64,000 bases of DNA from Felis catus (taxonomy: Eukaryota): NCBI RefSeq assembly GCF_018350175.1, contig NC_058368.1, positions 11,222,001 to 11,286,000 of the forward strand. Reading direction: 5' to 3'. The notes below the pieces were generated by a model, which worked only from the letters and a program-made list of their open reading frames with translations, made no database searches and was not told where the DNA came from. Shown here in pieces: positions 12,717-23,155 of this stretch. Both the position numbers and the translations under genes were made by a program. Position 1 is the first letter of the stretch. The number at the start of each line of letters is the position of its first letter.

Positions 12717-13095
12717 AAAGTAAATAAACATTAAAAAAAATTTTTTTTAAGCAGGGAATGAAACAAACATAATCCCTGCCCTCTCAGATCTTATATGCTG
12801 GTGGCTATGAGAGACACATGATGAGCATGTAAATGTGTATTATTCAAAAAGTGACACGTGCTTCGAATAAAATAAAGCAAGAAAGGGAGGATACCGGACA
12901 GGGGAATGAACTCTTACCTTGTGTGGGATGCTCAGGGAAGATCGTGATGACAGGCAGAGACTTGAAAAAAAAGCAGTAAACCACGTGGACATCTTGGGAG
13001 GAGTTAAGGCAGAAGTAAGAGCATGTGCAAAGGCCATGGGCTTGGCCTCTTTGAGGAACGGCAAGGAGGCCCCTGTGGCTGGAGTGGAGCTAGTG
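12395..13095 (-). mobile_element. L2 fragment interrupted by a SINE
   Basis: Antisense L2 3'-end pattern (cattcgttt...cattcagca; gcatgtgcaaaggcc; tttgaggaacggcaaggaggcc...gtggctggag). Confidence 0.65.
12496..12748 (+). mobile_element. Can-SINE
   Basis: SINE with a long (CT)n and a degenerate TSD (aagtagggaataaaaca / aagcagggaatgaaaca). Confidence 0.92.
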
Positions 13096-13102
13096 CTTAT
13101 TC

Positions 13103-13314
13103 TTTTTTTTTTTTTAATTTTTTTATGTTTATTTATTTTTGAAGAGAGAGAGCACAGGAGAGAGGCAGAGAGAGAGGGAGACACAGAATCCAAAGCAGGC
13201 TCCGGGCTCCGAGCTGTCAGCACTGAGCCTGACCCGGGGCTCGAACTCACGAACTGTGAGATCATGACCTGAGCCGAAGCAGACACTTCACTGACTGAGC
13301 CACCCAGGCGCCCC
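13103..13314 (-). mobile_element. Can-SINE
   Basis: Antisense SINE body. Confidence 0.92.
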
Positions 13315-13489
13315 ATAGCACTTATTCTTCATTGCTGGTGTTTCAGAAAGTGTAACAGAAAATCAGATTGGTTCTTCACTAGACTTGCCCTGTGTTGTTA
13401 TTGCTGCTGTTTTTGTTGTTAACTCAAAGTACATGAGAAAAAAGTGTTTTTATTCTATGTTCTTAACTGGCTGAAGAGTTAGTCCCGGG

Positions 13490-13524
13490 GTGTGTGTGTG
13501 TGTATGTGTGTGTGTGCGTGTGTA
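13490..13524. repeat. (TG)n microsatellite
   Basis: Read directly. Confidence 0.9.
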
Positions 13525-14720
13525 TTATGTATAAACATACATATGTATGTTTAATGAATCAGGAGAGCACCTGAGACATACATTTTTATGCGTAAGTGTG
13601 AGAGTGTGAGAGTTCCTCATCTACCTAATTTAAAAAACCCTTGGTAGTCTCTTAGGCAGTCTGTTATTAGCAATCACTCCGACAGGTGCTCCGAATAAAG
13701 CACAGGAATTGAGTAAGGGCTAAAGTAGTTAGAGATGTAAGAACTCTGATTCTCTATGGGTTTCCTCACACCTGTGTTTACCGCGGGAGCAATCCCATTG
13801 GTGGCGGACAATTTAATAAGCAAAATCTGGCGTGTGGTTGCTTCCTGAGGTCAGTCTTCTTTTCAAGCACGGTCAGCCTTACTTGAGCTCCCGGTAGCCT
13901 GTCTCTGGGCACTATGCTTCCTGAGAAATGTTGGGAATTTCTTTCTGTTACCAAGCAAATGTTTTTCAAGCTCCTGAGTGTTTCCACGTATCGGGTTCTA
14001 AGAGGCCGCTCTGCGGGGAGCAGAGTGTGTGCAGGTGAAGTTGTGCTGGGGAGACCGGGCTGTTGGTCCAGCTGGAGTGGTTCCAACGGCCCAGTGGGGC
14101 CGTGGCTGTCCACCAACACGCCAGTGACCTCAGAGAATAACAGGACACTTGGGGGACAAGAAGAGCAAATGAATAAAGCTGTAACTGCTTTATAGTTAGA
14201 CTCTGAAATGTCACCAGTATAACTTCAGTTGGTCCTGAGAAGAAAGTTTGCAAATATGAGAACAGTGTTTGGACTCATTCTTTGGCCATAACCGTCTTAT
14301 TTAAATGCTTCAATTTCTGCACCTGTGAAATTCAAACACCTAGTGGACCTTCGCGTGGTGAAGGTATGTTAATTCTTGGTTCCTTTGTGGAAAAGAAAGT
14401 CGCAGTGAGTCGTGTGGTGCTCTTTTTCGGCTGGAGCTGCTCTTCTGTGAATGATCAGCTGGTAAGTGTCTTCCAGTAAAATTAAGTCCTGTCATTGACA
14501 GGTATTTGCAGAACATTATAAGATTTCACGAATCGCATTCTTCATCTGCCTTGCTGTTTGTATGGGTTGAGCCTGTGGCATTTAAGGACATTTTGTGGTG
14601 ATGGCTGAAGATTTCAAAATTAATCTCTAGAATTTCCATCTGATCGAATATTAATGAAAACAGGCTGTTCCAAATTGTCATGTGATTTTTTTTTTTAGTC
14701 TTTGGTTTGTATGAAACAAT

Positions 14721-14807
14721 TTTTTTTTAAATGAAATTTGTTAAATCGGTTTCCATACGACACCCAGTGCTCATCCCAACAGGTGCCCTCCTCAATGCCC
14801 ATCACCC
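14721..14807 (-). mobile_element. 87-bp 5'-truncated felid L1
   Basis: L1 3' terminus (ggtttccatacgacacccagtgctcatccc) with perfect TSD tgtatgaaacaat (14708-14720 / 14808-14820). Confidence 0.9.
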
Positions 14808-14979
14808 TGTATGAAACAATGAATTGTTCCCTTTCTATTGTTTCTGTAGATTTCTAGAGAAAATCACTTGACAGGTGAACAGCAAAGGAATGTAGTTTGT
14901 GCATTTAACGTATTGAGAGGGATGTTATCATATCCATTACTCGTGGGCTCATCCACAAAAAATAAACCTCAGCTGCCAC

Positions 14980-16150
14980 TTTTTAGAATCCATTATGTTC
15001 TGGGCACCATGCTAGATGCTGGCAACTCAGAGATGAGGGGCGCATCCTTCCATGGCCTTCATGGAGCTCACACCTCAGTGGGAGGCAGACAAGTCACCTA
15101 ATAACTACACAACTGTGTAACAGGTGCTCCTGGAGGCAGATGAGCATTTTACTTTGGGGAAGTCCTCAGAGCCTCTCAGGAGAGTGGGTGAGGGTGAGGG
15201 AGCAGAAAGTGGGAAGAACAAGCAGGATGCACAGTGCAGAGGATAACAGCCCGGGGCTGCTTGATGTCTGGGGGACTTATGGACAGTACCATCTGGCTGA
15301 AGCACACGTTGCATGAGGTTGGAGAAGTAGGAGAGGGTCAAGGATGACCACTAAAGGTTGAGCTCTGTCCCCAGAGTGATCGAGAACTACTAAACAATCT
15401 AGCAGCAGTATGCAGAAAGACTACATGTATGTAGAGACAGTGCATAGAGAAGATTACAGCTTTGAGCCAGGCAAGGAATTACAAGTCCCTGAATTAAGAC
15501 AATGGCGGTGGGATTGAAGATGAGCGGACAGATATAAGAAACAGTTAAGGGAGAGAATTGGCAGGGCTTTCTGGGGCCTTGCACATGGGGGGGGGGGCGG
15601 GTGGTGGTGAAAATTCGGCTTTCTAACTTGAGTGAATTGGTAAATGGTGGTGTCATTCAGGTGATAGTGGAGAAACTGGAAACTGAGAAAGGGCAGTGGT
15701 GAGTTCAGATTTGGACACATCGGATTCGGGCACCTGAAGGGTATCTAGGTGGAGACAGACCATGAAAGGCATAACGAGGTACGTGTGGATGTGGACCTCG
15801 GCAAGATCTGACATATAGAAATTAGAAAACATCACACAACAGTTGAAGCTAAGGGTTAAATGAAATTAGTAGGCAATATTTATATATGAGAAGAAAAGGG
15901 GCTCAATGTGACACTCTGAGCTACTCTTACGAGCTACTCCTCCTGGAGGAGGAGACTTTAAGGTGGTAAGATCAAACACAGAGGGAGGAAGAGAACAGAG
16001 GAGGCTGATGCCACAGAAGCCAAGTGAAACCAAAATGTCAAAAAAAGCAACATGGCCAACAGTGCCCAATGCTGCCGGGAGGCTTGTTGGGGGAGGCTCA
16101 GAAGGTTCCATGGGGTTTGGGCCCTGGTAGTCACAATGCGCTTTTCCCGA
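14980..16150 (-). mobile_element. L2 fragments
   Basis: Degenerate antisense L2 sequence (ttctgggcaccatgctagatgctgg; gagttcagatttggacacat; cacagaagccaag). Confidence 0.6.
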
Positions 16151-16409
16151 CAAGCTGGAAGGAAGCAGGTTGGAGAGTGAGTGGGATTAGGAAGAGTAGA
16201 CTTCCCCAGCCTAGCTGACCAAGTGCAGCCAGGAATTCTCTGTCCCTTTGGTCACCTTTCAAATCAATGGGCTCTGAACAGCATTGTTCAAACAATAAGG
16301 GTTAAAAACTTTACATTAAACTCAATCCTGGTCAGACATCTGCCTGGGACTTTTAGCATCTCCCATTATTCCTAAGTAGAAAAGAGTGTTCGGATCTCAC
16401 TAGAGATGT

Positions 16410-16486
16410 TATGGCCTAGATGCAAGCAGTCTTCTGGCCTAGATGCAAGCAATCTATGGCCTAGATGCAAGCAGTCTAGATGCAAG
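16410..16486. repeat. About 22-bp minisatellite, ~3.5 copies (tatggcctagatgcaagcagtc)
   Basis: Units start at 16410, 16432 and 16455, with a partial unit at 16477. Confidence 0.9.
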
Positions 16487-17159
16487 AAAAACCCTGCTTT
16501 GAACAGGATGGGTGTGAAATAGTCCAATGAGAAGTCTCTCCCTTATCATGCACGAAGTAAGAGGCCCAGTGCCCTGGCTCTCCACCTTAGCAGGCATTGG
16601 TGGTATGCGCAAGGGCACTGGGTCCAGTCCAGCCAGTTCTCCCACCAGTGGAGACCTTGGGTGATTCCCTTTGAACTTAGGCTTGACTTTTCCATCTATA
16701 TGATGAGTAAATTTGGCTTGATGACTTCCAAAACCCACCTCTACCAGGTCCACTGGACTTTGATTCTGTCTTCAAAGCTTCTTTTTGTCTTCCCTTCCCT
16801 TTACTTCCCATGCTTTGCCTCTCCTACACATACAGCTCCTGCAACCCCCAGGTCCATAGTCCACTGCTTGGAAAGGGCCCCATTTGCACCTGACATGGTC
16901 AGAGATGGTATTAGGGAAACAAGAAATGAAACACTGGGAACATGGGGAGTCATCTGGCTTACTTCCCCCTTGGCTTTTCATCTCCCTTTGCTGTCAGCTG
17001 ACTCTCCCTCATGCTTCTCTTGGCCCAAATGGGATTTGTCCAAACAGATATCGGAAAGCCTAAAAAACTATTAACAGCTTCTGCATGGAGAAGATGAAAG
17101 CCCTGAAGGAACCAGGGTAAAGTCACTAATGTGCTCTGACTCCCTGCCATTGGTCAGAA

Positions 17160-17890
17160 TATTTGTTCATTCATTCATTTACCCAAATGGCTGTTCATTT
17201 AAAAATTACATACCGAGTGCTATTATTGCTGTGTTGACCGCATTTACCCAGTATCCTAAAACACAAGGAGTAAAATGCTGAACACAATAAAGATAGACTC
17301 TGCCCCAGTGGAGATGATAGTCCAAAGATGGAGAAAAGCATATTGACAAAAATTAACACCATCAATGTGTAACTGCGTGTGATAAGTAAATACAAGTAAA
17401 AGTAGCTGGGAGAAATTTTAACAGTGGACCCGGAATTAGACAAGGTTGTCAAGGGAAGCCTTCTCTGAAGATGTGCTACTTGGGTGGATGGAAGAACAAG
17501 CAGGATTTAGCTAGGGCAAGAGAATGGAGAAGAGCCCGTGGCCAGGTGGAACAGTACTCCTCACCCTGAGCTGGAGGAGGGCAAGGTGGCCAGAGAATTG
17601 GGAGAAGGGGGAGGCAGGGCTGACTGTGCAAGACCTGGGAAGCCAGGAGATTACCAGGTCATGAAAGCAAAGAGAAGTTTCAAGAAGGAGGTTGCAGTTC
17701 TGCAGCATCCAATTTGCAGAGGATTAAGGATTAAGAAGTGTCCGCTGGCTCATTGGAGGCTGTTGGTCACCTTCGTAGGAGTGTGGCCGACCGGACCGGA
17801 CCGGACTGAGGGGGAATGGAAGGAGGTTGCGTATAAGGGCAACTATGTTGAGACACAAGGCTATGATCGGGAAGTCAGGAAGCTAAGGTA
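17160..17890 (-). mobile_element. L2 fragments
   Basis: An (attc)n L2 terminus at 17165-17180 and degenerate L2 body. Confidence 0.5.
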
Positions 17891-18471
17891 GCAATTAGAA
17901 GGAATTGTGCAATAAAAGGAAGGTTTCTGTTTTGTTTATTTTTTGCTTTTCAGATGAGAGGTATTGAACGAAAGATCTCAGAAAGGAAAAGGTTAAGATA
18001 CAAGAGACCAAAGGAGTGAGGTCCTGGGAAAGGAGCAGAGGTGGGGTCAGAAAAGTTGTTTCCTCCATTGTAATAGGGCAGGAAGGTGGTCTTGGGGATT
18101 CGGTGATAGAAAAATGGGAGAACTCACATCCACTGCCATCTAGGAGGCAGAGACGTCTCCGAGAATGGGATGAGAGGAGCGGAGCAGGACGGCTGTGGAG
18201 AGGAAGAAGCAAGGCTGCAGGGCAAGGGATCCCCCCTGGGGAGGGAGCCTGTGCTCCCCAGACCTGCCGGAAGGGTTTTCTTTTCTGCTCATCACCTGCC
18301 CCACTGATCCTTGTCAGCATTCCTACAAGTATGTAAAAAGAGTATTTTGATTTTGTTTCCTGCAGTTGCCCAGTGCCAAATTACACCACTTCATGTAATT
18401 GTCTATAAATCCTGAATATTCTGACATGGGAGCAGTACATTTTGCTCTGGTAATTTCTCCTCCCTATTTTA

Positions 18472-18726
18472 TTTTTTTTTAATGTTTATTTATTTATTTT
18501 GAGGGAGAGAGAGAGAGAGAGCAAGAGAGAGGGAGAGAGGGAGAGAGGGAGAGATCAAGATCGGTGGGTGGCAGGGCCACAGACAGAGGAGAGAGAGAAT
18601 CCCAAGCAGGCTCTGCACTGTCAGCACAGAGCCCAATATGGGGCTCCATCCCATGAACCATGAGATCATGACCTGAGCCGAAATCAAGAGTCAAATGCTC
18701 ATCCGACTGAGCCACCCAGGTGCCCC
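18472..18726 (-). mobile_element. Can-SINE
   Basis: Antisense SINE with TSD ctccctatttta. Confidence 0.9.
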
Positions 18727-18935
18727 CTCCCTATTTTAATTAATTCCGTGATCCTTCCGTCCAAGTTCTTTCTTTTACCTTTTGACTTGCTTATAACCTT
18801 TGGCCTTCTCATTTGAAAAGCACATGACTTTGCGCCTGTCTTTTCTTGTTTTTTGTAATTACATGTCACACTTCAGTCTGCTTTTCATTTAATTTTTTCA
18901 GAATATGTTATGAGCCCACTTACATACAGATGGTA

Positions 18936-18955
18936 TCTGTCTCTGTCTCTGTCTC

Positions 18956-18991
<36 letters not shown>

Positions 18992-18992
18992 C
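18936..18992. repeat. (TCTCTG)n/(TC)n microsatellite
   Basis: Read directly. Confidence 0.9.
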
Positions 18993-19754
18993 CCCTCCAT
19001 TCGGGCAACATTTGTGGCAATAACTAGAATATCTGCTAGATCTCTCCTTTCTTTCTCTCTCCCTGTTCTGTCATGTACCTGGTACTCACCAGGTCCCTGC
19101 TGCTTTTGTCTCTTGGCCTTGTGTTGTGTTGTTTCCATTCTGTGTTCTATGCTTGCACCCTCCAGATCCATATCTCTTTGCTCCAGACACCCACAGTCTT
19201 TATGCTTCTTCCACTGACAATCTGAGGCAGGAGAGCTCCCTTGGAGATACGAATCCTCTTGTTTGGGGTTCATTGGTCCATAGGAAGTATCTTCAGAAAC
19301 AAGGAAGGAAGAAGAAGGAAATTAGCATTGGGTGCATACCTTGTGCTATCTGACATGAACCCTCATCCTGCTGTAGGGCATGCTGGTCCTGGTTTAAAGA
19401 CAGATAAATGAATCGCAGAGAGACTTCTTGAGAAATATTTCGGGGCCAGGACTGAAACCATCCTCATTCCTTGCCTGAAGTTCAAAGTGGTTGGAGGTTA
19501 TCTCTGTGCATCATTTGGACACTCGTGAAGTAGACACCCCAGCTGAAGGTGCTGGCCTTGACTTGCTTCAGATATTGAACTACCTCTGACGTGAGGTGGC
19601 TCTTGTGGCAATCAGGCGTTTTTAGTCTTGGAGCCCAGACAGAAGGCACCTTGGCCACTAGGTGGAGATGTAGCAGCACCACAAGTAGTCACCATGCAAA
19701 TGGCAAGCAGACCTAATGACAAGCCTTCTAGAGCTAGGGCATTCGGACTTTCTT

Positions 19755-20370
19755 TTTTTCTTTCAATAATTTCTTGAAGTGACATCCACATAACAAAATC
19801 AACCATGGTAAAGTGACATACAGGGGCATTTAATACATTCACAGTGTTGGACAACCACCTCTATCTACTTCTAAGACATTCTCTGACTCCACAGTAAAAT
19901 CCCGAACCATTAAGCAGATGCTCCCCATTTCCTTCTTTCTGTACCCCCTGGCAGTAGTCAATCTGCATTCTGTTGCTATGGATTTTCCTATTCGGGATAT
20001 TTTTTATAAATCAAATCCTACAATATTGCAACCTTCTATGTCAGGCTCCTTTCACTTAGCATGATGTTTTCAATGTGTGTCCGTGTAGTGTGGATCAGTA
20101 AGTATTTCATTCCTTCTTATGGCTGAATATTCCATTGTGTGGCCCTACCACAATTTGTATATTTATTCATTCACCCATTGGTGGACTTTTTGGGCTGTCC
20201 CCACCTTTTGGCCATAGTGAATAGTGCCTCTATGAACATGGATGTACGTATATCTGTAACCCAAGAGTGGAATTATGGGCTCCTGTGGTAATCTGTGTTT
20301 AATTTTTTGAGAAACTGTCCAACTTTTCCGTAGCAACTAAAGTGTTTTACATTCCCATCAGCAATGTATA
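19755..20370 (-). mobile_element. Older L1 (L1M type) 3' end
   Basis: Antisense L1 motifs (ctttcacttagcatgatgttttca; atggctgaatattccattgtgtg; tttacattcccatcagcaatgtat). Confidence 0.85.
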
Positions 20371-20742
20371 AATAAGATTTTCAAGCTTTTCTGACCGTGA
20401 CTTACAATGAGATATATATTTTGTATCACAACCCAGCATTCACATATGTGTACATTTTCATTCATATAATGCATATGTCTTCATATACATGTATATGTAT
20501 ATTCATGTATTCATATACATGTATATATGTATTCATTATATATATATATTATGTATTCATATATATATATATATATGACACAAGTTTTATGAAACTGTGC
20601 TCACCCCATATGATGAACACTGATGTGTTCCTTCTGGTTCTATTAGAAAAATATGCTGGTTTGATCCACCAAATGAGTTCCATGCCTCAAAGCAAAGTGA
20701 AATCTTAAAGATTAAATTAGCTGTTAAGATCAGAATACTATT

Positions 20743-20822
20743 GGGACACCTGGGTGGCCCAGTCAGTTGAGTGTCCAACTCTTTTTTTTTTTTAACTTTT
20801 TTTTAATGTTTATTTATTTATT

Positions 20823-20863
<41 letters not shown>

Positions 20864-21116
20864 AGGGGAGGGGCAGAGAGAGAGGGAGACAGAATCCCAG
20901 GCAGGCTCCATGCTGTCAGCACAGAGCCCGACGTGGGGCTCAAACCCATGAACCATGAAATCATGACCTGAGCCGAAACCAAGAGTTGGACACTTAACCA
21001 ACTGAGCCACCCAGGCGCCCCGAGTGTCCAACTCTTGATTTTGGCTCAGGTCGTGATCCCAGGGTTGTGGGATGAGCCTCCATTGGGCTCTGCACTGAGC
21101 ATGGAGCCTGCTTGGG

Positions 21117-21167
<51 letters not shown>

Positions 21168-21220
21168 GCCCCTCTCTCCCATTCATGCACTCTCTCTCTT
21201 TATCTCTCTCTCTAAAAAGA
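20743..21220 (+). mobile_element. Older Can-SINE split by an antisense SINE
   Basis: The head at 20743-20783 resumes at 21022-21220. Confidence 0.88.
20784..21021 (-). mobile_element. Can-SINE nested in the opposite orientation
   Basis: Perfect 15-bp TSD gagtgtccaactctt (20769-20783 / 21022-21036). Confidence 0.93.
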
Positions 21221-21466
21221 AAATCAGAGTACTTTTTTAAGTGTATGTAATAACATAACTTACCTCCTTTCCATTTGGATAGTAAAAGAATTTAGGATAT
21301 CATTGATCAACTTATCAATACATATAAGCTTTGGAGAGGAGACATTATTGAACCTGTGAGGATGATATTTTCCATATTCTCAAGCATGCAATTTAGATCA
21401 CACACAAATGTGAGTTATATTGCAGGTACTTGTCAGAGTGTGAGGATTGTAATTAACTAGTATTCT

Positions 21467-21540
21467 TTTTTTTTAAAAAAAATATTGTTTTAAGTTGATT
21501 TCTTTATTTTGAGAGAGAGAGAGAGCACAAGAAGGCAAGG

Positions 21541-21583
<43 letters not shown>

Positions 21584-21710
21584 AGAGAGAGAATTTCAAG
21601 CAGGCTCCATGCTTAATGCAGAGCCCAGTGTGATCTCACAACCATGAGATCATGAACTAAGCAGATATTAAGAGTCAGACACTTAACTGACTAAGCCAGC
21701 CAGCTGCCCC
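21467..21710 (-). mobile_element. Can-SINE (diverged)
   Basis: Antisense SINE with a long (GA)n. Confidence 0.88.
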
Positions 21711-22339
21711 ATGTAATTAGCTGGTGTTCTAGAGCCCAGCAACAAATTATTTGGTGAGTATTGCACCTGTAGCTTCTGGGAAAATCTTTGTGATACATGT
21801 TACCATTTATTGAATGCCCAGTTGAGTAGAATAAGATACTGGAGAGCATGGTGGGGATGGCAGAAAGAGTAAGAGAAAGGAAAGAAGTAGAATCAAGAAA
21901 ATGGGGAGAAAAAGCATGAGAAGCTTCTCAAATTTGCAGCAATTATTTATGACCATCTTCAAGAATCACCTGAAACTGAGCTCTCCTGGAAGGAGTGGTG
22001 CATGGGAAGAATAGAGATGAGTGGTTAGAGCACATGCTTTCGAGCAGATCCACAGGTAGGATTGTGGGGATCCAAGGGCTAAGAGGGCAAAAAAATTACA
22101 TTTTGCTTCTCATTAACCTCTACCTGAAATTTACTATTTTCTTCAAGTACAAATATAGGCAACAAAAATAGTATTAGTGGTACCTTTGACTTCACTACCA
22201 ATTGAACTCACAGATTTTTTCTGTTACGCTACAGTTGCTTTAGTTAGATTTCAATATTGGTTATGTTTTTATTTTATTTAAAGATTATTATAATTATTAG
22301 GCTTATTGTGTTAGGTGTTATTGAAGAAATGCATTATCT

Positions 22340-22659
22340 TTTTTTTGCTTTTTGTAATTTATTTTTTTATTTATTCTTGTTTTATTTTTTATTTTTTTAA
22401 ATATGAAATTTATTGTCAAATTGGTTTCCATACAACACCCAGTGCTCATCCCCAAAGGTGCCCTCCTCAATACCCATCACCCACCCTCCCCTCCCTCCCA
22501 CCCCCCATCAAACCTCAGTTTGTTCTCAGTTTTTTAACAGTCTCTTATGCTTTGGCTCTCTCCCTCTCTAACCTCTTTTTTTTTTTCTTCCCCTCCCCCA
22601 TGGACTTCTGTTAAGTTTCTCAGGATCCACATAAGAGTGAAAACATATGGTATCTGTCT
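22340..22659 (-). mobile_element. 5'-truncated felid L1 (about 320 bp)
   Basis: L1 3'UTR with perfect 16-bp TSD aagaaatgcattatct (22324-22339 / 22660-22675). The host sequence resembles an old hAT element. Confidence 0.92.
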
Positions 22660-22842
22660 AAGAAATGCATTATCTACAATACCAGTTTTGTGGTTTTTAA
22701 GGTAATTTGGTAACTGCATTTCAAAATAACTGGTTTCCATTGTAATCTCATGGATTTTCTCTCATTTACATTCTGAGAAGGAACCCATTGGCCCTGCTGG
22801 ATGACCAAAAGGGTCCAAAAATAGTTGAGAACCCCCTAGAGT

Positions 22843-23155
22843 GGCACTGTCCACTAAAGGACCCACTAGCCATGTGTAGCTATTGAGCCCATGGAATGTG
22901 GTGGTCCAAATGGAACTATGCTGTAAAATATACACCAGATTTCACATATTTAATGAAAAAAAAAATTAAGTGTCCCACTAATAATTATATATACACACAT
23001 ACATATATTACATACTAAAATGAGCATATTTGGGGTATATTAGGCTAAATAGAATATATTAAATTTAATCTCATCTGTTTTGTTATTACAAATGTACATA
23101 CTAGAAAATTTTAAATTGCATATGTGGCTTGTGTTATACTTCTGTTGGACATGAC
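22843..23155 (-). mobile_element. MER33-like hAT-Charlie element
   Basis: ccactagccatgtgtagctattgagc and ctagaaaattttaaattgcatatgtggctt...ttctgttggaca match the recalled MER33 reverse complement. Confidence 0.7.

Noticed and set aside
16410..16486. CRISPR-like appearance of short repeats (also 37157-37201)
   Set aside because: There are no unique spacers or cas genes and the DNA is mammalian; these are ordinary tandem repeats.
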